Assembly (NCBI GenBank): GCA_017628735.1
Contig: JAGBYO010000136.1
Location: 1-60,209, forward strand
Direction: 5' to 3'
Source: Alistipes sp.
GTDB taxonomy: Bacteria > Bacteroidota > Bacteroidia > Bacteroidales > Rikenellaceae
DNA length: 60,209 bases
The translations under genes were made by a program, and so were the position numbers. Numbering within the stretch: position 1 is the stretch's first letter; each line of letters begins with the position of its first letter. The notes under the pieces are model-generated. The model saw only the letters and a program-made list of their open reading frames with translations. It did not search any database and had not been told where the DNA came from. This document shows positions 37,721 through 48,916 of the stretch, piece after piece.

Positions 37721-40285
37721 ATGAAACGCGAGATTTTGAATAAGATAATTGGTGCTGTAGCACCGTGGATTACGGGTATTGTTGCCTTTTGGTTGGTGTC
37801 GAATATCTTCTTTGCGCCACAACGCGATGGAATGTCGCTCGACCAAGGCGATATCCGCCAATATGCTGGTATGTCCGAGGATATTCGCCAGATGCGTGAG
37901 GCGACAGGTGAAGATCCCCAGTGGACAGGCAATATGTTCTCGGGTATGCCCGCCTATCTTATTGACATTGAGTATCCTACGCAGAGCGTCAAACAGACCG
38001 TGGGTAGCGTAGTCAAAGTCATCGACTCGCCGATGAATATGATATTCTTCGCTATGGTCGTGATGATGCTCTCGGTAGTGCTTATGGGCATCAACCCGTG
38101 GATAGGCATCGTTGCGGGCTTGGCGTATGGTCTCTCGACCTACTTCTTCCTTATCGTTGGCGTAGGACATATCACCAAGATGTGGGCATTGGTCTATGCC
38201 CCTGCATTAGTTGCTGCCGTATGGCATACCCTAAGGCGCAATATGTGGCTCGGAGGCTCGTTAGCAGCCCTCTTCGGTTCGTTGGAGCTGGCAGCCAACC
38301 ACCCACAAATCACCTACTACTTCCTCTTGGCGTGTGCCGCATTGTGGCTTAGCGAGGCATTTTTTGCCTATCGCGATAAGCGCATCAAGGATTACGCTCG
38401 TCGCTCGTTGGTGCTGCTCGTTGCAGCCATCTTTGCCGTAGCATCCAACTTCTCGCCGTTGCGCTATACGCTTGAGCATCACAAATATACCACCCGAGCA
38501 ACAAGCGAGGCTGTCGATGCAGAGGATGCCCGCGAGGAGAAGATTGCCTACAACACCGCTTGGAGCTATGGTCGCGCCGAGAGCTTCAATATGCTTGTGC
38601 CCAACTATATGGGTTCGTGGTCGGGCGACTTCTCGGAGGAGGTGACACGCCACCTTCAGAGCCGTGGTGTGCAGGAGGCGATGTTCAACGACTCGTTAGA
38701 CGAACTTACCGAGATGCTCCGCCAGAGCTATCCCGAACTACAACGCGAGGATGTCGAATATCTGCTCAACTCGGGCGATGAGACCCTTGCCGAGCACCTC
38801 TACACGCTCTATGAGTTGCGCTGGGGCGAGGCATCGAAGTATGCATCAAACTACTGGGGCGACCAGCCCTACACCGCAGGCCCTACCTATCTTGGTGCCT
38901 CGGTGCTTCTGCTCGCCATCCTCGGTCTAATCCTCACCTCGAATCGCAATCGCTGGTGGCTTATCGCGGTATCGCTCTTCGCCATCCTCTTGGCGTGGGG
39001 TAGCAACTTTATGGGCTTCTACCGCCTGATGTTCGATATCTTGCCCGGCTACGCAAGCTTCCGCACCGTATCTATGGCGTTGGTTGTTGTTGAGTGGAGC
39101 GTGCCTCTATTGGCGGCTATCGCACTTATGGAGTTGTGGCGCACAGAACTTAACTATAAGCAGATTGCCACTCGTGCCACCGCAGCCTTTGGCGTTATCG
39201 TGGCGTTGGTGGCCGTGATGTGGGCTGTCGCCGACTTTGGCGTTCAAAATATCAACGCGGAGTTGGGCAATGGCTGGTGGGTTGAGCAACTCAAGGAGGC
39301 GGCACTCGCTGCTCGCCGTTCAGCCTTTACGGCAGATGCTTGGCGCACCCTGCTCTATGCTGGCGCAACGACCGCTATCGTTATCCTCTACGCCCGCTTT
39401 AAGGAGCACAAAGAGGATGTTGCAAAGATAGTCTTGGTGCTTGCCTCGGCTGCCGTTGTCGTTGCCGATATGGCATTGGTCGATGGCCGCTACCTCAACG
39501 AGGAGAGCTGGCACAAGGGCGCACCCACCGATATCGAGCCCTCGGAGGCTAACCTCGCAATTATGGCAGATGAGGAGCTTGGCTTCCGCGTTCTCGACCT
39601 TACGAGCGACCCCTTCAACTCGGCAAATGCCTCGTATTTCCACCGTTCGGTAGGTGGCTACCATGGTGCAAAACTTGGTCGTTATCAGGATGTTATCGAC
39701 CACTACTTGCGCGAGGAGGATGGCAATATGTTGGCTGCACTCAACACCAAATATGTGATTTTCGAGGGCGAGGCGCTGGAGTTTACGCACCTCTACGATA
39801 TTGAGCCCTACGGCGCTGCGTGGCTTGTGGAGCGCACATCGAAGATGCAAACCCCTGCCGAGGAGCTTGATGCCATAGGCTCGACCGACCTTCGCACAAC
39901 GGCTGTTGTAGCCTCGGATAGCGACCTCGAAGCATCGTACAATGCCGAGGGCACAATCTCGCTTACGGAGTACCGCCCCAACTACCTACGCTACGAATAT
40001 GATGGCGTAGGCGAGAGCTTTGCGGTATTCTCGGAGGTCTACTTCGCTGATGGCTGGAGGGCATTTATCGATGGCAAGGAGGCGGAGTACTATGCCGTAG
40101 ATTATATCCTTCGTGGTATGGAGCTTCCCGCAGGCAAGCACACCATCGAGTGGCGCTTCCGTGCTCCATCGTGGGGTCTTAACTCGGCAATCACAGGCAT
40201 TGCATCGTGGGCAATAATCATTGCATTAGTCATAACTATCGTTTTAGCAATCAAGAAGATATGGAACAAAGAGATAAGCGAATAG
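37721..40285 (+). CDS. YfhO-family (GT-C-like) membrane protein
   Basis: WTGNMFSGMPAY, NHPQITYY, YWGDQP, GGYHGAKL, FSEVY..GW, GKHTIE. Confidence 0.85.
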   Translation: MKREILNKIIGAVAPWITGIVAFWLVSNIFFAPQRDGMSLDQGDIRQYAGMSEDIRQMREATGEDPQWTGNMFSGMPAYLIDIEYPTQSVKQTVGSVVKVIDSPMNMIFFAMVVMMLSVVLMGINPWIGIVAGLAYGLSTYFFLIVGVGHITKMWALVYAPALVAAVWHTLRRNMWLGGSLAALFGSLELAANHPQITYYFLLACAALWLSEAFFAYRDKRIKDYARRSLVLLVAAIFAVASNFSPLRYTLEHHKYTTRATSEAVDAEDAREEKIAYNTAWSYGRAESFNMLVPNYMGSWSGDFSEEVTRHLQSRGVQEAMFNDSLDELTEMLRQSYPELQREDVEYLLNSGDETLAEHLYTLYELRWGEASKYASNYWGDQPYTAGPTYLGASVLLLAILGLILTSNRNRWWLIAVSLFAILLAWGSNFMGFYRLMFDILPGYASFRTVSMALVVVEWSVPLLAAIALMELWRTELNYKQIATRATAAFGVIVALVAVMWAVADFGVQNINAELGNGWWVEQLKEAALAARRSAFTADAWRTLLYAGATTAIVILYARFKEHKEDVAKIVLVLASAAVVVADMALVDGRYLNEESWHKGAPTDIEPSEANLAIMADEELGFRVLDLTSDPFNSANASYFHRSVGGYHGAKLGRYQDVIDHYLREEDGNMLAALNTKYVIFEGEALEFTHLYDIEPYGAAWLVERTSKMQTPAEELDAIGSTDLRTTAVVASDSDLEASYNAEGTISLTEYRPNYLRYEYDGVGESFAVFSEVYFADGWRAFIDGKEAEYYAVDYILRGMELPAGKHTIEWRFRAPSWGLNSAITGIASWAIIIALVITIVLAIKKIWNKEISE

Positions 40286-41148
40286 CGCGTAAGGTACGCC
40301 GCTCCTACATCATCTCAACAGTGAGCATCACGCTTGTGCTGTTTATGCTCGGCATCGTGAGCTATGTAACGCTCTCGGCACTCTCGGCAGCGCACAACCT
40401 CCGCGAGAGGGTTGTTGTATCGGTCGAGATGGCAGACTCGCTCTTTGCGGGTGAGCAACAAGTGGTGCTCGACAAAATCAATTCGCGTGAGGAGGTGGCG
40501 CGTGTCGACTACCTCTCGAAGGAGGACAAGGTGAACGATGCGGCTTTCCGTCGCCAGTTTGAGTTGGAGATTGACGAGCTCTTGGGCGAAAACCCCTTGC
40601 GCAACAGCTACGAGGTAACGCTAAAACCTGAGCTCTCGGCACGCGAGAATATCGAGGCCTTTGTCGAGGATGTAGAGCCTACGGCGGGTGTTGAGTATAT
40701 CTCCGTTCCCCCCGTTGAGGTTGTCGAGCATATGCACTCGACGATTACGACAATCTCGCTCGGACTTTTAATCTTCCTTGCCGTGTTGCTCGTTATCTCG
40801 CTACTACTCCTTCACAACACCATCCGCCTGGCTATCTACTCAAAGCGCTACCTTATCAACACCCTCAAGCTTGTGGGCGCTACGAAGTGGTATATTATGC
40901 GACCTCTGCTCGGCTCAGCACTCAAGCAGGGCGTTTGGGCAGGTGTAGTCTCGGGTCTTTTGATTGCCTTTACGGTCTATGGCGTTGAGGCCTTCACACC
41001 CCAGGGCATCGCTATGCTCGACCATATTGCAGTGGGCATCATCATCGGCTCGACACTCTCAGTAGGTGTGGTTATCACCCTGCTCTATACAGCCGCTGCG
41101 GTCAACAAGTTTGTGAATATGAAAACCAACAAAATTTACCTCTACTAA
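40261..41148 (+). CDS. ftsX: Cell division permease FtsX
   Basis: GENPL, NTIRL, KLVGAT..YI.RP; ATG 40261 preferred. Confidence 0.88.
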   Translation: MEQRDKRIARKVRRSYIISTVSITLVLFMLGIVSYVTLSALSAAHNLRERVVVSVEMADSLFAGEQQVVLDKINSREEVARVDYLSKEDKVNDAAFRRQFELEIDELLGENPLRNSYEVTLKPELSARENIEAFVEDVEPTAGVEYISVPPVEVVEHMHSTITTISLGLLIFLAVLLVISLLLLHNTIRLAIYSKRYLINTLKLVGATKWYIMRPLLGSALKQGVWAGVVSGLLIAFTVYGVEAFTPQGIAMLDHIAVGIIIGSTLSVGVVITLLYTAAAVNKFVNMKTNKIYLY

Positions 41149-41149
41149 T

Positions 41150-41380
41150 ATGAGCAGACTCCCCTTACAGAAGAAGAACTATATGTGGCTTGTCATCGGC
41201 CTTGCCGTCATTATCTTCGGCTTTGTGCTGATGTCGGGTGGTGGCAACCATACAGCCACTGAGTTTGACGAGTCGATTTTCTCGTTCCGCCGTATCACGC
41301 TTGCCCCCATTGTGGTCATTGCGGGCTTTGTAATCGAGATTTTCGCCATTATGAAACGCTTTCCTCACGAAGATAAATAA
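41150..41380 (+). CDS. DUF3098 family small membrane protein
   Basis: KKNY, GFVLMSGG, IFSFRRITLAP; ftsX-uppP context. Confidence 0.85.
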   Translation: MSRLPLQKKNYMWLVIGLAVIIFGFVLMSGGGNHTATEFDESIFSFRRITLAPIVVIAGFVIEIFAIMKRFPHEDK

Positions 41381-41396
41381 ATAAAACATAGATAGA

Positions 41397-42191
41397 ATGG
41401 AAACTTTAGATGCAATCATTTTGGGTGCCGTACAGGGCTTGACTGAGTTTTTGCCCGTGTCGAGTAGTGGACACCTGCAGTTGGCCAAGGAGTTGCTTGG
41501 CGTGGAGATTGAGGAGAACCTGACATTCGATATCACGCTACATGCAGCTACGGTGTTGAGCACCATTGTTGTTCTGTGGAGCGAGGTCTGGTGGCTCATC
41601 AAGGGTATCTTCTCGCGCGGTATGAACGACGAGAAGAGCTACTTCTTCAAGCTCGTTTTGTCGATGATACCTATTGGTATTGTGGGCTTTGCGTGCAAGG
41701 ATTATATCGACCAGATGCTCGGCTCGGACTATATTATGGCTGTTGTGGGCGCTATGCTTCTGCTTACTGCTGCGTTGCTCTCGTTTGCCTACTACGCCAA
41801 GCCTCGTGAGAAGGAGAGTATCTCTTACCGTGATGCCTTTATCATCGGCTGTTCGCAGGCTGTAGCCTCGATGCCTGGTCTTTCACGCTCGGGCACAACC
41901 ATCGCTACGGGTCTTTTGCTTGGCAATAAGAAGGCTGCCGTTGCCACCTTCTCATTCCTTATGGTCTTGGCACCTATTATGGGTCAGACATTGTTGGACA
42001 TCGTCGATGGCGGTCTTGCTACATCATCTATCGGCACCGTGCCCCTCTTGGCGGGCTTTGTTTCTGCATTCGTTGTGGGCTGTTTGGCATGCCGCTATAT
42101 GATTGATATCGTTAAGCGAGGCAAGCTTATCTATTTTGCTATCTATTGCGCCATTGTAGGTTGCCTTGCAATCGGCTCTTATATCTTCTAA
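41397..42191 (+). CDS. uppP: Undecaprenyl-diphosphate phosphatase
   Basis: [23 protein letters not shown]. Confidence 0.95.
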   Translation: METLDAIILGAVQGLTEFLPVSSSGHLQLAKELLGVEIEENLTFDITLHAATVLSTIVVLWSEVWWLIKGIFSRGMNDEKSYFFKLVLSMIPIGIVGFACKDYIDQMLGSDYIMAVVGAMLLLTAALLSFAYYAKPREKESISYRDAFIIGCSQAVASMPGLSRSGTTIATGLLLGNKKAAVATFSFLMVLAPIMGQTLLDIVDGGLATSSIGTVPLLAGFVSAFVVGCLACRYMIDIVKRGKLIYFAIYCAIVGCLAIGSYIF

Positions 42192-42201
42192 ACCACCCAT
42201 T

Positions 42202-42915
42202 ATGAGTGATTTTACATTACAGGGCGTAGACTTCCCCGAGGGCTATGTGGCGGTTATCGACAAGCCCTACGAGTGGACCTCGGCAGATGTCGTGCGCAAG
42301 ATAAAGTTTCAGTTGCGCAAGTGTGGCCACCCCAAGATTAAGATTGGTCACGCTGGCACTCTCGACCCTCTGGCTACGGGCATCCTGCTCGTCTGCATTG
42401 GTCGTGCCACGAAAAAGGTAGATATGTTGCAGGCCGAGCGCAAGGAGTATGTTGCAGAGTTGCAGCTGGGCGCCACCACGCCGAGTGGCGATATGGAGCA
42501 CCCTGTAGACCAGACCTACCCAACGGAGCATATTACACGCGAGAAGGTTGAGGAGGCGTTACGCTCGCTTACGGGCGAAAGAGAGCAGCTGCCACCCCTC
42601 TACTCGGCAAAGAAGGTGCAGGGTGTGCGTGCCTATGAGTTTGCTCGCGAAGGTGTTGAGGTAGAGCTTAAAAAGGCACTTATCAACATCTACGCAATGG
42701 AGCTTGTGGAGTACGACCTTCCACGCATCAAGATTCGTGTTGAGTGTAGCAAGGGTACCTATATTCGTTCGTTGGCTTTCGAGATTGGCGAGGCACTCAA
42801 TAGCGGTGCATATCTTAGCTCGTTGCGCCGTACTCGCAGCGGCGAGTTCTGCGTAGAAAATGCACATTCGCTCGACGAGTTTATGGAAAAGTTGAAGGAA
42901 TGTGAAACAAAATAG
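42202..42915 (+). CDS. truB: tRNA pseudouridine(55) synthase
   Basis: GHAGTLDPLATG, CSKGTYIRSL; ATG 42202 preferred. Confidence 0.95.
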   Translation: MSDFTLQGVDFPEGYVAVIDKPYEWTSADVVRKIKFQLRKCGHPKIKIGHAGTLDPLATGILLVCIGRATKKVDMLQAERKEYVAELQLGATTPSGDMEHPVDQTYPTEHITREKVEEALRSLTGEREQLPPLYSAKKVQGVRAYEFAREGVEVELKKALINIYAMELVEYDLPRIKIRVECSKGTYIRSLAFEIGEALNSGAYLSSLRRTRSGEFCVENAHSLDEFMEKLKECETK

Positions 42916-42965
42916 CGAGTTTTGCGTATAATATTTGATTGTTACACACTTTTTTTTGAGAATAT

Positions 42966-44015
42966 ATGAAACTTTCGCAGTATGGTTATGAGTTTTCGGA
43001 GGATATGATTGCCAAGTATCCTACCGTAAATCGTGACGATGCCCGCCTTATGGTGCTTCACCGCGACACTGGCGAGATTGAGCACCGAACATTTAAGGAT
43101 ATTATCGAATACTTCGACGAGAAGGACATGTTTGTCTTCAACGATACCAAAGTATTCCCTGCACGATTAAAGGGTTGCAAGGAGAAGACAGGTGCCGATA
43201 TCGAAATTTTCCTCTTGCGTGAGCTCAACCGAGAACTTCGCCTTTGGGATGTCCTCGTTGACCCCGCCCGTAAGATTCGTATCGGCAACAAGCTCTTCTT
43301 TGGTGACGACGAACTGATGGGTGCCGAGGTTATCGACAACACCACCTCGCGTGGCCGTACCTTGCGTTTCCTCTTCGATGGCTCGTATGAGGAGTTCAAA
43401 GAGGCGCTATACGCCATGGGCGAGACTCCGCTCCCAAAGTGGGTACGCGAGACCGTGGAGCCCGAGGACGAGGAGTGGTATCAGACCATTTACGCTAAGC
43501 ATGAGGGTGCTGTGGCAGCTCCCACGGCAGGTCTTCACTTCTCGAAGCACCTTATGAAACGCATGGAGATTAAGGGCATTGACAGCTCGTTTATCACACT
43601 TCATGTAGGTCTTGGCAACTTCCGCACCGTAGATGTTGAGGATCTCTCGAAGCATAAGATGGACTCGGAGCAGTTCTTCGTTACGGAGAAGGCTGTCGAG
43701 GAGATCAACACCGCAAAGAACAACGGCCACAAGGTTGTAGCCATCGGCACGACAGTGATGCGTGCTATGGAGACTGCTGTGACGGTTGGTGGCAAGCTCA
43801 AGCCTATGGAGGGCTGGACAAATAAGTTTATCTTCCACCCCTATCAGTTCACCGCCGCCGATGCTATGGTATCTAATTTCCACCTGCCCTACTCAACACA
43901 GTTGATGATGGTTGCAGCGTTTGGTGGCTACGACATGGTCATGGATGCCTACCGTATTGCCAAGGAGGAGGGCTACCGCTTTGGCACTTATGGTGATGCA
44001 ATGTTGATTTTGTAG
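42966..44015 (+). CDS. queA: SAM:tRNA ribosyltransferase-isomerase
   Basis: [37 protein letters not shown]. Confidence 0.96.
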   Translation: MKLSQYGYEFSEDMIAKYPTVNRDDARLMVLHRDTGEIEHRTFKDIIEYFDEKDMFVFNDTKVFPARLKGCKEKTGADIEIFLLRELNRELRLWDVLVDPARKIRIGNKLFFGDDELMGAEVIDNTTSRGRTLRFLFDGSYEEFKEALYAMGETPLPKWVRETVEPEDEEWYQTIYAKHEGAVAAPTAGLHFSKHLMKRMEIKGIDSSFITLHVGLGNFRTVDVEDLSKHKMDSEQFFVTEKAVEEINTAKNNGHKVVAIGTTVMRAMETAVTVGGKLKPMEGWTNKFIFHPYQFTAADAMVSNFHLPYSTQLMMVAAFGGYDMVMDAYRIAKEEGYRFGTYGDAMLIL

Positions 44016-44052
44016 AAAATTTTTACTATTTTTGCGTAGTAAATTAGCGATT

Positions 44053-44859
44053 ATGGCAACAAACAAAATTCTGTTCGTATGTCAGGAGATATCCCCATAT
44101 CTTCCTGAGAACGAGCTCTCTAAGTTGAGCCTTGAGATGGCTCGCCAGATGCAGGAGCGTGGCTCGGAGGTGCGCACCTTTATGCCCCGCTATGGCTGTA
44201 TCAACGAGCGTCGTAACCAGTTGCACGAGGTTATCCGCCTGTCGGGTATGAATCTTATCATCAACGACAACGACCACCAGCTAATCATCAAGGTGGCCTC
44301 AATACCCTCGGCACGCATCCAGATTTACTTTATCGACAACGATGACTACTTCGCTCGCCGTGCCATCTTGCACGATGAGAGTGGTAAGCTCTTTGAGGAT
44401 AATGATGATCGTGCTATCTTCTTTGCCCGTGGTATGTTGGAGACTGTCAAGAAGTTGCGCTGGGCACCCACCATCGTACACTGCCATGGTTGGTTCTCAG
44501 CCATCGTACCAATGTATCTAAAGAAGGTATTCTACGACGACCCTCTCTTCCGCGATGTGAAGATTGTATTGTCGCTTGCCGACGATAAGTTCGAGGGCCA
44601 GCTCGATCCGGCGCTTAAGCGCAAGCTTGAGGGCGAGGGCATTATGGATAGCTCGATGAAGATTTTGGAGGAGCCCACATACGAAAACCTCTATCGCTTC
44701 GTTATTGACTATGCCGATGGCGTCGTTGCCACCTCGGAGAATGCCGATGCCTCACTCTTGGAGTATGCTCGTGAGAAGGGCAAAAAGGTGCTCGACTACC
44801 AGAGTGGTGACGATAAGGAGGTATTCGATAACTATAAACTGTTCTATGACCAACTATAA
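44053..44859 (+). CDS. Glycogen/starch synthase N-terminal (GT5) domain-only protein
   Basis: FMPRYGCINERRNQLHEVIRLSG, DNDDRAIFF, IVHCHGW. Confidence 0.85.
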   Translation: MATNKILFVCQEISPYLPENELSKLSLEMARQMQERGSEVRTFMPRYGCINERRNQLHEVIRLSGMNLIINDNDHQLIIKVASIPSARIQIYFIDNDDYFARRAILHDESGKLFEDNDDRAIFFARGMLETVKKLRWAPTIVHCHGWFSAIVPMYLKKVFYDDPLFRDVKIVLSLADDKFEGQLDPALKRKLEGEGIMDSSMKILEEPTYENLYRFVIDYADGVVATSENADASLLEYAREKGKKVLDYQSGDDKEVFDNYKLFYDQL

Positions 44860-46459
44860 GCTAAGCTCTCTACTCTGTGCCATACTCTGTATGGTCCTCT
44901 TCGGCGTGGGATGTACCACCGAGGTCGACTACACACAGGGCTCTGAGTTCGTGCCATCTAACCAAAAGATGGAGCTTAAGCGCCGTACCTATCGCGCAGG
45001 CACCATGCTTGAGGGTGACAACGAGGTTAAAGTTGCTATGGCCTCGACACGCAACTATCTTACCGACTCTTTGCGCTCGTCGAACCTCGACTTCGCCTAC
45101 CTTGGCACTGAGCATAGCGATACCTTTGGTACACGCAGCGCAGGCTTCATGACACAGATGCTCTTCAGCATGAGCCTCCACAAGGATCGTGGCTGGGGCT
45201 ACCGCCCAATCTTCGATTCTATGTGTTTAGGCTTGTATGTCAGTGATTATCATGGTGATACTACTGTAAAGCAGCGCTTCGAGGTCTACGAGATTACCTC
45301 TAACGACTATCTGAGCCTCGGTCTGAATCGTGATGGCGAGAACGATACCACCTTCTATATCAACTTCGACCCCACACCCTATATCGGTGCTGAGCCAATT
45401 TTTGAGTTCACCTTCCCCAATCAGGAGAGGGGTGTCTATGTTGGCGACATCGAAGACCCACAGATTTGTCCTGTGCGACTGGAGCACACCCCAGCAACAA
45501 TGGATTATGTGCGCCGCCTGATGTTCCTCAACGAGCTTGACGAGAACGATGGTTATGCCTACGACAAGGACTCGCTCTATGTCAATGGTAACGAGAAGGC
45601 CTTTGTTGACGAGGTCAAGGGCCTATATATCAAGCCTGTTGATAGCAATACAGAGGGTCGTGGCGCAGTCTACTCTACTCGCCTATCGGAGTCGGCAATG
45701 TATCTCTATGCTCGTGGCAGATATGAGGAGGACCCTACGATTATCCGAGATACCACCTATATGCTCTATAATTTCTACCTCGACCCCTCGACCTTCGATG
45801 TTGAGGCCGGTAATGTTTCGGTTTCGATGGTTGAGCACGAGGAGCCGACACTGACTCTTGAGGCTGGCATCAACCTCGTTGATGGTATGGGTGGCTATGT
45901 TACAGAGGTGGAGTTTACCGACGAGATGATTCAGTCATTGGCAGATATCGTCTTGGCAAACGAGGGTTCAGTGGTGTCGGTAAATCAGGCACACCTCAAG
46001 GTGTACCTTGATGGCTCGGACTATGACCCCTCAATGATTAGTCCATTGGAGATTACCCCTGTGCTTAACTCGTCGATGCAGAGCATTGGCCTATATACCG
46101 ACTACGCCGAAGGCATTGGTATTGTTGATTATATCATAGGCTCAACATCGTCTACCTACGATGGTATCCTCAACCGTTCGTTAGCTTGCTACAATATGAA
46201 TATATCAACCTTTGTGCAGTCGCTTATGTTTGCTGCTGCCGATAATCTTCAGGAGGATGGCAAGACGGTAGATTTTGCTAAGTTCAAGGAGGGTTACGAA
46301 CCTAAGGAGGAGTGCTTGGTGCAGTATCGCAGGCTCTATATTGGCCCCGAGGCTGCTGAGAAGTTCGGCTTTAGACGACAAGCGATATATGGAGGCGATG
46401 CGGGAGGTGCAGCTAAGGCGCCAATCTCGTTAGAGCTGACATATACTATTGTAGATTAG
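44846..46459 (+). CDS. DUF4270-like lipoprotein
   Basis: Lipobox GVGC after hydrophobic leader (ATG 44846); YLG..D.FG; C-terminal LELTYT; adjacent to GT5 gene. Confidence 0.7.
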   Translation: MTNYKLSSLLCAILCMVLFGVGCTTEVDYTQGSEFVPSNQKMELKRRTYRAGTMLEGDNEVKVAMASTRNYLTDSLRSSNLDFAYLGTEHSDTFGTRSAGFMTQMLFSMSLHKDRGWGYRPIFDSMCLGLYVSDYHGDTTVKQRFEVYEITSNDYLSLGLNRDGENDTTFYINFDPTPYIGAEPIFEFTFPNQERGVYVGDIEDPQICPVRLEHTPATMDYVRRLMFLNELDENDGYAYDKDSLYVNGNEKAFVDEVKGLYIKPVDSNTEGRGAVYSTRLSESAMYLYARGRYEEDPTIIRDTTYMLYNFYLDPSTFDVEAGNVSVSMVEHEEPTLTLEAGINLVDGMGGYVTEVEFTDEMIQSLADIVLANEGSVVSVNQAHLKVYLDGSDYDPSMISPLEITPVLNSSMQSIGLYTDYAEGIGIVDYIIGSTSSTYDGILNRSLACYNMNISTFVQSLMFAAADNLQEDGKTVDFAKFKEGYEPKEECLVQYRRLYIGPEAAEKFGFRRQAIYGGDAGGAAKAPISLELTYTIVD

Positions 46460-46545
46460 CAACTTAACTTTAGTTAACAACTTCTACGGAGAAACCTAAG
46501 CCACCGACTTAGGTTTTGCCGTTTAGTAGAAAGAAAGATATTTTG

Positions 46546-48846
46546 ATGGAAAATTTGGTAATTGTTGAGTCTCCCGCCAAGGCCAAGACCATTGAGCGAT
46601 TCTTGGGTAAGGAGTACACGGTGAAGTCGAGCTTCGGCCACATCCGCGACTTGGCGAAAAAGGGACTCGGTGTCGATATAGATAAGTCGTTCGAGCCAAT
46701 ATATGAGATTCCCGACGACAAGCGCAAGGTTGTTGATGAGCTTAGTCGCTTGGCACGCACGGCAAAGACCGTGTGGTTGGCATCCGATGAGGACCGCGAG
46801 GGAGAGGCCATTGCTTGGCACCTTGCGAAGGTACTGGATTTACCTATCGACCAAACCAAGCGTATCGTGTTCCACGAGATTACGCAGCGCGCGATATTGA
46901 ACGCTATTGAGAATCCGCGCACTATCGATATGAACCTCGTCAACGCACAGCAGGCACGCCGTGTATTGGACCGTTTGGTGGGCTTCGAGCTCTCGCCCGT
47001 ATTGTGGAAGAAGGTGCGCCCTGCACTCTCGGCGGGTCGTGTGCAGTCGGTTGCCGTGCGCCTTATCGTGGAGCGCGAAAGAGAGATTATCGGCTTTAAG
47101 TCCGTAGCGCAGTATCGTGTTGTTGCGCAGTTCTATATCGCTGGCGACGAGAACGCGACTCTCTTCAAGGCTACGCTTTCGCACCCCTTCGAGAAGCGTG
47201 AGGATGCCGAGCAGTTCCTTAACGACTGCATCTCGGAGGAGTTCACCGTGACGAAGGCTGAGGAGAAGCCCGTGCAGCGCTATGCAGCACCTCCGTTTAC
47301 CACATCGACACTTCAGCAGGAGGCTGGCCGTAAGTTGGGTATGAGCGTGTCACAGACGATGTCCGTAGCGCAGAAACTCTATGAGCAGGGTCTTATCACC
47401 TATATGCGTACCGACTCGGTAAACCTCTCGCAGATGGCCATCACGCAGTGTAAGAACGAGATTACACGCCTCTTTGGTGCTAAGTACTCCTATCCGCACA
47501 ACTTCAAGACCAAGGCGAAGGGTGCTCAGGAGGCTCACGAGGCTATCCGTCCATCGTATATCGAGCGTCACGAGATTGAGGGTACAGCCACCGAGAAGCG
47601 CCTCTACGACCTTATCTGGAAGCGCACCGTGGCATCGCAGATGGTGCCCGCCGAGCTCGACCGCACAAATATCGTCATCGACCTTAAGCACCGCAAGGAG
47701 CAGTTTATGGCCGTGGGTGAGGTTGTACGCTTCGACGGCTTTATGCGCCTATACTCCGAGGCCGTAGACGAGGATGCACAGCAGGAGGGCGAGGGTGGCA
47801 TCCTGCCTAAGATGATGGTTGGCGACAAGCTCGTTGCTACGCAGATTACCGCAACACAGCGCTACACCCAGGCACCTTCGCGCTACAATGAGGCTGCCCT
47901 CGTTAAGCGCCTTGAGGAGCTTGGCATCGGTCGTCCTTCGACCTACGCTCCTACAATTACCACGATTATCAACCGTGGCTATGTAGTAAAGCAGAATCGT
48001 GATGCTCAGCGTCGTAGCCTCGAGCAGATGATACTCTCGAACGGCAAGATAGCAACGAAGCAGACCTCGGAGAGCTTCGGCAAGGAGAAGAACCGCCTTG
48101 CACCTACCGATATCGGTATGGTCGTTAACGACTACCTCGAAACGCAGTTTGCCTCGATTATCGACTATAACTTCACGGCAAATGTCGAGAAGGAATTCGA
48201 CCGCATTGCCGATGGCGAGATTACTTGGCATAGAATGATTGATGACTTCTATGCACCATTCCACACGCTTGTAGACGAGGCCGTTGGCACACAGCCCACA
48301 CGCTCACAGCAGGCTACGCGCATGCTCGGCGTAGACCCCAAGACGGGTCAGACCGTCAAGGCTCGTATCGGCCGTTATGGCCCTATGGTAGAGCTTGAGG
48401 GTGAGAATGGCGAGAAGGGTCAGTTCGCCTCGTTGAAGAAAGGACAGCTTATCGAGTCTATCACATTGGAGGAGGCGCTAGAGCTATTCGCTCTACCCCG
48501 CAACCTTGGCGACTTGGATGGCGAGGCGTTGATGGTTGGTGTCGGCAAGTTTGGCCCCTATGTGCGCCACGGCAAGAGATTCGCATCGCTCTCGAAGGGC
48601 GACGACCCATATACAATTACGCGCGAGCGAGCCGAGGAGCTTTTGAAGGAGACCAGCGCCAAGCAGCGTGCCGCATCGGAGCCTATCCGCACCTTCCCCG
48701 AGGATGGGTCGGTGGTGATTAAGAGTGGTATGTATGGCCCCTACATCGCCTCTAACGGCAAGAACTACCGTCTGCCCAAGGGCACAAAGGTTGAGACCCT
48801 GACCTTGGCAGATTGCCGCAAGATTATGGCAAAGGCGAAGAAGTAA
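46546..48846 (+). CDS. topA: DNA topoisomerase I
   Basis: IVESPAK, DEDREGE, SAGRVQS, ITYMRTD, C-terminal GRYGP/GKFGPY repeats. Confidence 0.97.
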   Translation: MENLVIVESPAKAKTIERFLGKEYTVKSSFGHIRDLAKKGLGVDIDKSFEPIYEIPDDKRKVVDELSRLARTAKTVWLASDEDREGEAIAWHLAKVLDLPIDQTKRIVFHEITQRAILNAIENPRTIDMNLVNAQQARRVLDRLVGFELSPVLWKKVRPALSAGRVQSVAVRLIVEREREIIGFKSVAQYRVVAQFYIAGDENATLFKATLSHPFEKREDAEQFLNDCISEEFTVTKAEEKPVQRYAAPPFTTSTLQQEAGRKLGMSVSQTMSVAQKLYEQGLITYMRTDSVNLSQMAITQCKNEITRLFGAKYSYPHNFKTKAKGAQEAHEAIRPSYIERHEIEGTATEKRLYDLIWKRTVASQMVPAELDRTNIVIDLKHRKEQFMAVGEVVRFDGFMRLYSEAVDEDAQQEGEGGILPKMMVGDKLVATQITATQRYTQAPSRYNEAALVKRLEELGIGRPSTYAPTITTIINRGYVVKQNRDAQRRSLEQMILSNGKIATKQTSESFGKEKNRLAPTDIGMVVNDYLETQFASIIDYNFTANVEKEFDRIADGEITWHRMIDDFYAPFHTLVDEAVGTQPTRSQQATRMLGVDPKTGQTVKARIGRYGPMVELEGENGEKGQFASLKKGQLIESITLEEALELFALPRNLGDLDGEALMVGVGKFGPYVRHGKRFASLSKGDDPYTITRERAEELLKETSAKQRAASEPIRTFPEDGSVVIKSGMYGPYIASNGKNYRLPKGTKVETLTLADCRKIMAKAKK

Positions 48847-48916
48847 TAACTTGCAAATGAGAAATGAGCAATTAGCAATTAGTAAAACTAAGTATAAACC
48901 TTAAAACAAATCATTT

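Noticed and set aside
46868-46883. Second parS (TGTTCCACG...) inside topA
   Set aside because: Only one half-site matches
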